Below are positions 1 through 58,648 of a stretch of DNA of 64,000 nucleotides, in pieces (the stretch's first letter is position 1; the number at the start of each line of letters is the position of its first letter). The notes under the pieces are model-generated. The model was not told where the DNA came from, did not search any database, and saw only the letters and a program-made list of their open reading frames with translations. Position numbers and translations under genes: made by a program. Location of the stretch: contig JAWQFM010000032.1 in assembly GCA_033442325.1 (NCBI GenBank), positions 508,112 through 572,111 of the forward strand. Reading direction: 5' to 3'. The stretch is from Salpingoeca rosetta. Lineage: Eukaryota; Protista; Choanoflagellata.

Positions 1-103
1 ACTGACTCACACCAGCCCACCCCCCCCCCTTCTTCTCACGCCCCCATGTCCTGTACATGCACGGCAGGTTGTTCCCAACTCGCCCGCCTTTGAGACCCAG
101 CAG

Positions 104-11624
<11,521 letters not shown>

Positions 11625-12120
11625 ATTTGCAGGTCGGGCGCGCGCAATTGTGGCCGTGTGGAGCAGAAGAGCTGTGCGTTGTGCAGGCAGACCATGGAGG
11701 CGTGCTGTACGATCAACGCACAGTCCAAACTGCCACCCCCGCCACCTGCTTTGTAGGTTGTTGCTTTTGTGTGTGTGTTGCTGCTTTGGTTGATATCAGG
11801 AGAGGTTGGTTGCCCGCTTCAGTTGTTGTTTCTTGCGTTGTTGATGAATTGCTGTTTGTGTTGGGGTGTTTTGCGTTCTCACAAAGTACACCGCATCAGA
11901 ACCAAGAGGAAGACAGTAAAGGACGACAGTGAAGGAAGGGAGTGTTGTTGTGTGTGTTGTGTGGTGGAAGTTGCCGATAAGAACAAAGGCGTCGAAAGTC
12001 GTTGAAGATTTTACGTGTTTTTCCACACAACAAAGCAAGCCACCCAGCCAGCACGACCAACAACAGCAGTCACACAACACGCAAGCAAAGAAACAACCTT
12101 CCTCCCTCCTCGCCACAGCC

Positions 12121-12321
12121 ATGCGAGGAAGGCCACCACCAGCAACAACGGCAACCATGGCTGTGGTCATGGTATTGTGTGCGGTGATCGTTAGCACGAT
12201 GGCCATGCACGCAACTCCAGCAACCGCAGCGTCACGAGACAACCAGGTGCAGAGGTGCTTGCTTCAGCTGTCCTTTGTTGCCCTTGCTTTGTTGCCCTTG
12301 TTGTCCTTGTTGTGGTGCGCG

Positions 12322-12374
<53 letters not shown>

Positions 12375-15300
12375 CTCATGTGCAAACCATCACGGTTTCC
12401 TGGTTTCCACTTAGCTGTGCTCGGACGTGCACGGGACACTGGAGAGCATGGTGCGTGTGCTGAAGGTGCACGATGTGCCATTTTACCCCAGGCACACTGT
12501 GCGCAACACGGACGACAGCACGCCTGCAAACACAACGACGCACAAAGACGCACGGCTTCCTTTGCTGGTTGACCTGTCTCCGATTCACCGCATGATGGCT
12601 GCGTTTGGGTGTGGCGATCAAGAGGACGAGAAGACGGACAAGCAGACTGATGAGAGCTTGCCTGCAAGGACTGGCACAGAGCAACACGAGACGACACCAT
12701 CAGTGTCATCGACACCATCAGCATTCACGCCTTTGGAAGAGAGGGTGAACGCTATCCGCAACGCGACAGGCAAATTATCCCTTCAGCAACCACAACAGCA
12801 GCAGAGGCGAGTGCGACGGAACGACGACCCTGTCATACGCGCAGGGCAATGCACGCTGGTGAGCGTGGTTGATGGCACGTGCCCGAGTGCGGATAATCGG
12901 GGGAGGCTCACCATCATTGTGCGCGAGGGTGATCACGTGGATGACAGCACGGATGCAAGCAGGCTGCGTGCCATTTCCACCTTTGTTTTCGAGCTGACCG
13001 TGAGTGGGCACGTCGAAGAAGCACCGCTGCAGTGGATTGTGAACAATGGCGTGTGGGCCGGCTGCCGCTCATTCTCGGTCATTGGTGTGCAGTTTCCGAC
13101 CTTTCAGTTGAGCATCCTCAACCCGATGACAAGCGTGAACACGATCGTTATCCGCGACAGTCTGCTGTTATGGGAAGTGAGCACAAGCGAGTTTCAAAAC
13201 AGCCAGAGAATTGCGGCACTTCATGTTATCGATTGCTCGCTGACATCCGTTCCAGACGTTTCGAGCATGATATCGCTTCGGGTGATCAACTTGCCCCAGA
13301 ACCGCATCCGTCGCATCAACAATGGCACTTTTCAAGGACTGGCATTAATTCAACAGCTTGCCCTGAGTGAGAACATCATTTCCGAGATCGAGTCGCGAGC
13401 GTTTGATGACCTCACTGCCCTGAATAGGTTGCTCCTTTTCGGCAACGACATCAGCGCCATCCCCTCCGGCTTGTTCCATCGTCTCACGAGCCTTACCACG
13501 TTGCAGCTGCAGCAGAACCCAATCACGAAGCTTGACGCCGATGTATTCGCGCAGCTGACCATGCTGGAGCGGTTCACCCTCGAGCGCACGCTCCTCACCG
13601 AATTACCAGCCACACTGTTCCGAAACACCACCCGTCTTGTTCGCCTGGAATTGGCAATTAACTTCATCAGGTCCCTAGATGAGACAGTCTTCTCTGGCCT
13701 GTCGTCGTTGGATCACTTGCAGATTTTCGAGAACCGATTGACGTCCCTGCCGCCAGGCGTGTTCAAGGACTTGACGGCGTTGACGTTTCTGGATGTGCGT
13801 CAAAATGGTTTTACTTCTTTTCCAGAAGGACTTCTCGAGACATGTACGCGTCTACAAATTTTTGGGGCTGAGGGTAACCGCTTTCAAACACTCCCAACAT
13901 TCATATTCGCGAATACTACGATGTTGAAGCGCCTGACCTTGACAGGCAATGCCCTTCGCTCCATCGACAACGTGCTTGAAATGGCACAGCTGTCTTCTCT
14001 TCGGTTCCTTGATGTCGGGAACAACCAACTTACACGTCTGCAGCTCACCAGAACACTGCCCTCCCTGACCCTTCTCGGCCTTGACGACAATCCGATGCAG
14101 GAGCTGCCAGATGTCACGCTCACGCCTTCCCTTGAAACCCTCCGGCTGCAAAACCACGGAATCAAACATATGGACTTGGCGCCACTGCTCCGTCTGCCCA
14201 GCCTCGAGGTGCTCGAGCTTGATGCTCTCCCCCAAGCGAATTCCAGGGTAGTTTTAACTGACACTAACATTGCCGACATTGCGCCGTTGTCAACCCTGAG
14301 TCTGGAGAATGTGGACGTCAGTGCTGCGGTCCCATCATTCAAGCACCTTCCACCGCTAAGTCTCAATGTGCTGCACGTGGGCTGGCCGGGCGCCATGAAC
14401 CGCACGCTGCCAATCACTGAGGTGTGCAGAATGCTGAAGAACAGTGTGCGTGAGCTGCGCATCGCCAACACGAACTACAGAGTGATCGAGCTGTGCCCGG
14501 ACAAGACGTTCGAGTCACTGCTTCTCAACGACAACAGGCATCTACGATCTGTTACCGTCCACAACCCGCTGCAGGAGCTTAATGTGTCAGGCTGCACTCA
14601 GCTCACTTCCATCGACGCGCCTCCAATCGACATCCTCGACATCAGCAACACCAAATTCCCGCCAACGGGCGCACTGTGCACGCGGTGGGGACGACGGGTC
14701 CTCTTCGCCCGTAATTTGAATGAGAAGGCCTTCCGCTCTGAGCAGGCTGTTGGTCCGCTCACAAACTGCATTCAGCAAGTGGATGTGCTGGATCTCTCGG
14801 GCAACGCCTGGCTTAACAATCCAGCAGAGATCAACCGCGTGGCGGAGAGAAGAGTTGTCATGTCCGACGAAGAGTTCTGGACAGCCGATCTTGTTGCTTC
14901 CAAACCGGCGTGTCCCACCCATTCTCCAGCTGACTGATGCTCCCATCGACTGCGCACTCCAGCTTTCCAACCAGGACTTGCGCCCTCGCACCGATACATC
15001 CGTGTTGACCACAGAGATTGTGTTTTCCTTCCGCTGCGTCTGTGCACAGGGTCACCACCTGAGTGGCGAGGAGTGTGTGGAGGATGTCGTGCCCTTGGCA
15101 GCCATCGTGGCGGGCTCCGTATTCGCTGTCCTTGCACTTTCGATCCCGTTGCTGGTCTGGCTCTACCGCCGCTACTGGCGCTCCCACAAGAGCGACAGCC
15201 TGCACCAGCAGCTGTTGAACAGGGAGAGGGAGGAGGTGCAGGCGCTGAAGCGGGCGTGGGTGATTGAGTACGATGAGCTGAGGATGATCAAGCGTGTTGC

Positions 15301-15931
15301 TGCGGGTGCTTATGGCGTGGTGTTTAAGGCCGAGTGGGACACGGTGACGGTGGCGGTGAAGGTGCTGCAGCGCACGCTCTCCCCTGATGATGAAGCAACA
15401 GCAACCGACTTTGGCAACGAGGTGGAGTTCCTGCAACGGACACGGCACCCGAACGTGGTGCGGTTCTTTGGTGCTGGCGTGAACACGAACGGCAGCCCGT
15501 TCCTGGTGCTGGAGTTTGTGTCGTTGGGGTCGCTCAAGGACCTGTTGGAGCGAGACATGGACGCAGTGCTGCATGAGGTGCGGGCTCAGGTGCTCGAAGC
15601 CGGCGATGACGATGATGACGACGATGACGATGGTGATGGCGAGAAGAACAAGCTGCTCACCGCTGACCTGTGTGAGGAATTGACACTTGTGAGCACATCG
15701 CTTCAGAGCCACCGCACCAGCTTGGAGCTTGATGAGATGATGAGTGTGTGGGACTTGAAGTTGCAGCTGCTTCGTGACGTTGCCAACGGCATGGCGTTCA
15801 TCCACAGCCTCGACCAGATGCACCGGTGAGTGGGATATGTGTGTGTATGCTTTTGTGCTTGTGTGTGTGTTTGTGTGCGGGCACGTGCTTCTTGCTCACT
15901 GCGCGATCCTACCCTCACCGATTGTTCTCAC

Positions 15932-16006
<75 letters not shown>

Positions 16007-16473
16007 ATACACATACACACAGCGATCTGAAGAGCGGCAACGTGCTGGTGTCCTCGCGGCTGCGGGCGAAGATCACGGACTTTGGATCCATTCGCGAGTG
16101 TCTCGAGCGAGGAACGGACGGCAACGATGATGATCGTGATGACATGGAGGATGGCAACAGGGGCGATGGCACTGTAACGACGTCGTTTGGTGGTGGTGGA
16201 CGCGGTGACATGACGATGGGTGTTGGCACGCCCATGTACATGGCGCCAGAAGCGCTGCTGACCAAGACGTACAACGCCAAGGCAGACGTGTTCAGCTTTG
16301 GCGTGCTCATGTGGGAGGTGGCGACGCAGCGGGAGCCAGACTTGATTGCACAGGAGAAGCCCAAGTATCGCGGGCCACCGCGGCCCATGCAGACGACGCT
16401 GCTGCAGGAGGGCAAGCGCCTCCGCTTCGAGGACTTTGGTCAGTGGAACCTTAAATGTGTGTTTGTATTAAGT

Positions 16474-16557
<84 letters not shown>

Positions 16558-16819
16558 CTGTTTGTGCGTCTGTGCAAGCAAGCACATGCACGTGAAATGC
16601 GGTTTGCTTTGTTTCCCACACCCCAATTACTGCAGCATCTTGCCACTGACGCCCCCTCCCTCGTCCTCTTCTCTATGGTTTCAAACAGACGGCCAGCCGC
16701 TCGCTGTTGCCGAGTGGTACAAAGAGCTGGCGTACACGTGCATGGCAGACAACCCAGCCCACCGTCCAAGCTTCGAAGAGCTCAAAAACAAACGCCTGGC
16801 CGAACAGCAGGCCGTATGA
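12121..16819 (+). CDS. LRR-ectodomain single-pass receptor kinase, TKL-type Ser/Thr kinase; exons 12121-12246, 12415-15825 (with +1 frame break near 14880-14900), 16023-16438, 16689-16819
   Basis: Signal-like N-terminus MAVVMVLCAVIVSTMAM. About 15-20 LRRs of the LxxLxLxxNxIxxLxxxxF type. Cys-rich juxtamembrane CVCAQGHHLSGEEC and TM LAAIVAGSVFAVLALSIPLLVWLY. Kinase motifs AGAYGVV, VAVK, HR|DLKSGN (across the intron), TDFG, GTPMYMAPE, DVFSFG, RPSF. Splice phases are consistent. Confidence 0.9.
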
Positions 16820-16852
16820 CTTGCGACTGCTTGATAGCGTGTGTGTGTGTGG

Positions 16853-16936
<84 letters not shown>

Positions 16937-17378
16937 CTGTGTGTGTGTGTGTCTGTTCTTTTTTTCAAGCCATCGCATCTGTTGGTTACATTGACATTAC
17001 TTCTTCCTTTGTTCACCCTTCCGCCATGGTCATGTTCTCTGGTTATGTGAGGTGGTGTTGCCCCTCGCCACATGTCAAATTGTTCCTGCTTGCTGCTGAC
17101 CAAACGATGGATGGCGTTTGACTCCCTGTGGTGCACTCCTTTTGTTACTTTAACGGCACCTGCGTTGTTCTGTTCGGGTTGTTCTTCCCCTTGTCATCGT
17201 GCATCGTTTCATCGCCTGTGATTGTTTGGGTGAGTGTGTGATGACCCTTGCCCTGCGTGTGCTTGAGTTCTCAGCCGCACATTTTACACTGCTGACAAGT
17301 CCAACACAGTTCACAGGGTCAAATCATGGCCACTGCGTACGGCATGAGGAGAGAAAGGAGTCGCTGCGACCAAAGATC

Positions 17379-17457
<79 letters not shown>

Positions 17458-17509
17458 ACTTTTCTCACACTGCAACCCTCCCCCCACCCCACCCACAACA
17501 CACCCCTTC

Positions 17510-20392
17510 TTAGCATGGCGGGGGACAATTCATGAGCGTGGTGTGACGTGGCAAGATGTCCACGCACGTGGCTGTGAGTTTGCCTTGGCAATCAAACAGT
17601 GATAGTAGCGGGGTATTCGTGAGAATCACGCTGTGAAGCACCGTAAGATTTCCTGGCCCAAGCGTGATGCTGACAAGATTGGGGCTGTTGCTCAAGTTCA
17701 GCTGCCCGTTGATGTGGGTAATATTTGCCAACGATATGGTCGTGAACAGGTTCCCGTCCAGCCGCAGGTCACCGTCCACCTGGGAAATGGCGCCAAAGTC
17801 CACGTGCGTCAGGCGATTCTCCTCGAGCCGCAGCGCGCCCTTGACACGTGTGAGTGGTCCAAAGGCGATGCTGGTGAGGTGGTTGCCGTCCAGAAACAGC
17901 CCGCCCGTGAGCAATTCCAGCGTGGAGACGTCAATGGACTCCAGCTTGCCTCCAGACAGCACAATGCCCAATTGCACGCTGCGGAGCCTGCCCAGGGTCA
18001 GGTTGCGCAATGAATTGCCACCCAGCTGCAGGGAGCCGCCCACCTCCTCCAGGCTGCTGAAGTCAACGTGCTGCAGCATGGTGTTTCGGGCAAGCACGTT
18101 CGCGTTCACCACACGCAGGCGGGGCGCAGCCAGTGTGGTTAGGCCTGTGCTCGCAAGCAGGAGGCTGTCATTGACGCGCTGAAGCCTGCTCAGATCCACG
18201 CTGGTCAGCTGCAAGGAGTTGCTGACATCAAAGCTCTTCCCAACTTGTGTCAGCTGACTGCAGTTGAGCGAGGCGAGTGCCAGGTGAGCGCGAGCTATGA
18301 AGGACTGGCCCACGTGCTGCAGGCTGCCGCAGTGGACACGGTCAAGCCCAGTGACGGCCAGGCGCACTTCCCCGCCGACGCGCGTGAGAGAGGACATGTG
18401 AACCACCCTCAGGCTACCGTGGCGCATGATCTGCAGGTTGTTGCCAATCGACTGCACAGGCTCCAGGACCAGCTCCCGCATTTGCTGCGTGTCTGTGAAG
18501 ATGAGCGAGCCCTCGACGTGGCGCAGCTTTCCGAACGTGATTGCAACCAGGGCAAGCATGTTGGACAGGGCAATGTTCTCGCCGACATAGTCCAGCAGGC
18601 CGAAATCAATCTCATACAGATGGTTCCTGGACAGCGTCAGCGACCCGCCAATGTACCGCAGGGCGCCAAAGTTGAGTTGTTGCAGCTTTGTTTGATCCAG
18701 CGTAATGAACGTATCGACGCGGATCACGGTTGCCATGTCAAGTGACGTCAACGAGGCGCCTAGGCTCAAGTCGATGCCGCCCACCCGTTGAACGGGCCTG
18801 AAGCTGAGTGACTGCATGTCGTGGTCGCGGATGTTCACGGTGCCGGTGATGGTGGTGATGTTGCCAAAGTCAAGAGCTTGCAGCGCGTTCTCAAACATGT
18901 AGATTTGCCCGATGCGGAGCACGTTCTTGAAGGAGAGCGTGGTCACTTTGCTTGGGCTCAGCACGAAGTCACCGAGCGACGTGAGCGCACCAAAGTCAAT
19001 GACCTCGATCAGGTTCTTGTACAGGTCCAGTTTGCCACCGATGCTGCGAACGCCGCCCAAGTCCAAGGACGTGATGGCGTTGTAACCAAAATCGACGTGG
19101 CGGCCAACACGCTGTAGGCCGCCAAAGTCCACGCTGGAGATGAGGCCCGGCTCATCCGAGAAGCGGGCCAAGATGGAGCCGCCAATCTCGGTGATTTTGC
19201 CAAACTCGAGCGCCTGCGTCGTGCGCTCCACATGCACGTCCTGTACCACACGCGACAGGGTCAGAAATGTGGGGCAGCAGCAGTGCGCAACCGCCTGCAC
19301 CCCGCAGTACTGCGATGTTGAAATGGCCTCCCGCGACATGGTGTCTGAACAGTCGAGGGTGGCTGTCGTCGTGTTCTTGCAAGAAAAGAGGCGCTCCGTT
19401 GCCTCGTCCAGCGCGGAGCGCACGCGATCGAGGGTGCCGAGGACATTCACACCGCCGACAGCGAATATGCCGGGGTCGCTGTCGCTGTCATCGGCTTGTG
19501 CGCTGTCATCGCCAAGGTCGCCCACGTTCACTTCAACGCGGCCATGTTGCATGTCGTGGGGAAGGATGAACAGGTTCCCGTCGCCGTCCGCAACCAAGCC
19601 GCCCTGGTCAAGAGCGTCGTCCTCAAGGCCAATGTCGTTGCCGCTTGGTGATCGCGAAAGCCGGGGCCACGGGGGTGTCGCGAAGGAGAACGGAGCGATT
19701 GGTACGTTGGTGGCACCGCCGGTCAGGAAGCTCAGGCGCCCCTTCAGCTCCAGCACGCTGCCTGCGAGGGAGGTGAGGGTGGCCGTGAGGTTGACGTTGT
19801 TGTTGACGAGCAGCGCATCTGCGGGGAAGTACACGCTCCCTGTCGTTGCCTGAATGTGGAGGTATCCGTCCGAGTCCGAGGCAACAAACGGATGGAGCAG
19901 CGGGGGAGTTGTTGGGGGCAGCGGTGGGGCCAGGTCTGTCATGGCCAGGAGCGAAGGCACGGCGTTATTTGGGGCTTGTGGGTCGTCGTAGTTGCGAGCA
20001 GCCAGAAGCACAGCTTCAGCACCTTCGGCAATGTCAGATAGCGCGGCCACCAGATCCACGCCACCGAGGAAGACGGAGACGACGCTTGGTGCTTGCTCCT
20101 GCCCCTCATCGTCATCGTTCATCACCCCTTCCTCTGAGGATTCCAGCTCTGTCCCGACTTGAATGATCAACCCAAGCCTGCTTGCAAGCACCAAGTTTGT
20201 GTTGCTGTCGTCAACCTCGATCTTGGGCAGGGTGGTTGCTGTGGATGTTGTTGTTTCTGCAGCAGCAGCAGCAGCAGTGGCGCTGAGGAGGCTGGCGAGG
20301 GAAACGAAGGTGCAGGAAAGCGCAACGATGGTGATGAGGAACTGGGGGAGATTGCAGGAGGGGGAGGAAGAGGAGGAGGAGGTGGTCGTCAT
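17510..20392 (-). CDS. Intronless secreted protein (960 aa): signal peptide, 3 repeated N-terminal modules, ~24 tandem 22-aa Receptor-L-domain/Ecm33-like leucine-rich repeats
   Basis: Uninterrupted 960-codon ORF. Hydrophobic N-terminus FLITIVALSCTFVSLASLL. Repeat consensus L(T/Q)SxDFGxLxxVGGxLxLxxNx from ~19220 down to ~17560. No C-terminal TM or GPI-type hydrophobic tail. Confidence 0.9.
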   Translation of the reverse strand: MTTTSSSSSSPSCNLPQFLITIVALSCTFVSLASLLSATAAAAAAETTTSTATTLPKIEVDDSNTNLVLASRLGLIIQVGTELESSEEGVMNDDDEGQEQAPSVVSVFLGGVDLVAALSDIAEGAEAVLLAARNYDDPQAPNNAVPSLLAMTDLAPPLPPTTPPLLHPFVASDSDGYLHIQATTGSVYFPADALLVNNNVNLTATLTSLAGSVLELKGRLSFLTGGATNVPIAPFSFATPPWPRLSRSPSGNDIGLEDDALDQGGLVADGDGNLFILPHDMQHGRVEVNVGDLGDDSAQADDSDSDPGIFAVGGVNVLGTLDRVRSALDEATERLFSCKNTTTATLDCSDTMSREAISTSQYCGVQAVAHCCCPTFLTLSRVVQDVHVERTTQALEFGKITEIGGSILARFSDEPGLISSVDFGGLQRVGRHVDFGYNAITSLDLGGVRSIGGKLDLYKNLIEVIDFGALTSLGDFVLSPSKVTTLSFKNVLRIGQIYMFENALQALDFGNITTITGTVNIRDHDMQSLSFRPVQRVGGIDLSLGASLTSLDMATVIRVDTFITLDQTKLQQLNFGALRYIGGSLTLSRNHLYEIDFGLLDYVGENIALSNMLALVAITFGKLRHVEGSLIFTDTQQMRELVLEPVQSIGNNLQIMRHGSLRVVHMSSLTRVGGEVRLAVTGLDRVHCGSLQHVGQSFIARAHLALASLNCSQLTQVGKSFDVSNSLQLTSVDLSRLQRVNDSLLLASTGLTTLAAPRLRVVNANVLARNTMLQHVDFSSLEEVGGSLQLGGNSLRNLTLGRLRSVQLGIVLSGGKLESIDVSTLELLTGGLFLDGNHLTSIAFGPLTRVKGALRLEENRLTHVDFGAISQVDGDLRLDGNLFTTISLANITHINGQLNLSNSPNLVSITLGPGNLTVLHSVILTNTPLLSLFDCQGKLTATCVDILPRHTTLMNCPPPC

Positions 20393-20999
20393 TGTCGCTG
20401 TCGTGTTTGTGTGGGAGGTGTGGGAGACTTGAGGGGGGAGAGGAGACAGCTCGCCGGACTGGAAGCTAGGGAAGCTGTCTTGAGGCTTGAATAGTTTTCT
20501 CTTCTTGAGGTTGTTGTGGTTGGTGGATCAGGCAAGGCGCGTGATTGACAGCGACGCAGTGCGCCTGCGTGCTTGCGTGTTGAGTGCGTGCTTGTGTGTT
20601 TGTGTGCTTCTGTGCTCTGTGTGTTTGAGTCGAGTTGCTGAGTTGTTGTGCACTTCAGCAGGCTCTTGTGCGCTTGGCGTGGGAAGAATGAGTTGCGAAC
20701 AAAGCCAAAAGGCGAGTTTGGACAATTGCAGTAAAACATACATAATTTTCATCGAGAGGACGGCGCGCCAGGCAAAGAAAGCAAGAAGAAGACGCAGAGC
20801 AGAGGAAACGAAAGCAACCGTTTGTGTGCGACTATTGGCAGCACAGTATCACATCACATCACCCCTCCTCTCTCTCCAGCAAAGCCTGGCACATGGTGAT
20901 TCAGAGCGGCTGCTCGGGACACGGCACACGATTGCGCCGTAGCCGCAAGTGACAGGAGCCAGCAGAAACAGTAGCAGTAGCAGTAGACGACCAGCAATC
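20393..20999. promoter_or_regulatory. Putative bidirectional promoter / 5' UTR region between the divergent L-repeat gene and BLTP1
   Basis: About 600 bp between head-to-head start codons, with an A-rich core near 20690-20820. Inferred from geometry only. Confidence 0.45.
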
Positions 21000-57262
<36,263 letters not shown>

Positions 57263-57272
57263 TCAAACACAT

Positions 57273-57303
<31 letters not shown>

Positions 57304-57783
57304 GAGTGAGGTGCATGTGTGTGTGTGTGTGTGTGCGCGCATGTGTGTGCGTGTGCGTGTGTGCATGTGTGTGTTTCGTGTGCATATGTGCGTGTATGTG
57401 TTTCGTATGTGTGTCCGATGGCATGTTCTCCGCTGTGCGTTGTGTGGCTTCAGCTTCACCCGATGTTGTTACTGTGTATCTGAACAATGCTACGCATGAT
57501 TGTGATGAATAAACCGACTCAACAGACAGGCAGACAGAGAGCTGCTGTGAACACTTGCACCACAACAATGCTAATCACTAGCACCACCTACTTGAAAGAA
57601 CCGTACAGGACGACTACACGCACACACGCGCACGCAAATACCGACAATGCATCAACGCCTGTTGTGACCAGCTGAGCGCATGTGTTGCCATCCGCCACTT
57701 ACCACCAAAACAACCGCACTGCTTGCATCATCACCATCATCATCATCACCACCACCACCACCACCACCACCACCATCAATCAA

Positions 57784-58599
57784 TCAACCCCGGTAGAGCA
57801 GCCGCAGGAACTCGTCCCGCGTGCGTGCGTCCACACGGAATGTCCCCAGCATTGTCGACGTCGTCGTCGTCGTCTGCGTCTTCTGCACGCCGCGCATCAG
57901 CATGCACATGTGCCTGCAGGCAACCGAATACATACATGGGCGATGGCGGGATGGGAGGTGGTGAGAACAGCAGAAGATGAGCTGATAAGATGAGTTGAAA
58001 CGTGGGTCCCTGTGCATGTGTGTGTGTCTGTACATGTGTGTGTACTTGTACATGTGTGTGTGTGTGTGTCTGTGTGTGTGTGTGTCTGTACATGTGTGTG
58101 TGTGTACCTGTGTGTCTGTGTCTGTACATGTGTGCCTATGTGTCTGTACATGTGTGTGTGTGTGTGTGTGGTTATCACGTCCATCGTTGTAACCACATCT
58201 CATCACCATGACAGTCACGCCCCACACAACTGCCAACTGTGCAACGCACTGTGCCTCGACGATGACTGCGCATCCCGTTGGGTTGAGCACCTCCATCAGC
58301 ACCTCCGCAATCTGTTTCGTCAGCCGCTCCTGCACTGCACGCGGCGGCGGCGGCGGCGGCGGTCAAGTGGTGGTGTTGGCGAGTGTGGTGAGCACGATGA
58401 GGACGATGCGTGGTGATGCACGAAGAGTATGATGCAAGGCACACACACACACACACACTCTCTCTCTCTCTCTCACACACGCACACACACGCGCTCAAAC
58501 ACACACGCACACGCACGCACACGCACTCATACACACACACTCTCTCTCTCTCTCTCCCACACACGCACACACACGCGCTCAAACACACACGCACACGCA

Positions 58600-58648
<49 letters not shown>

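Noticed and set aside
14720-15829. ORF 14720-15829 as an independent kinase gene
   Set aside because: It has no credible start or signal peptide and directly continues the upstream ectodomain in the +1 frame.
58440-58600. ~74-bp tandem duplication in GCH1 intron 3
   Set aside because: It is a slippage duplication of compound CA/CT microsatellite with no element features.
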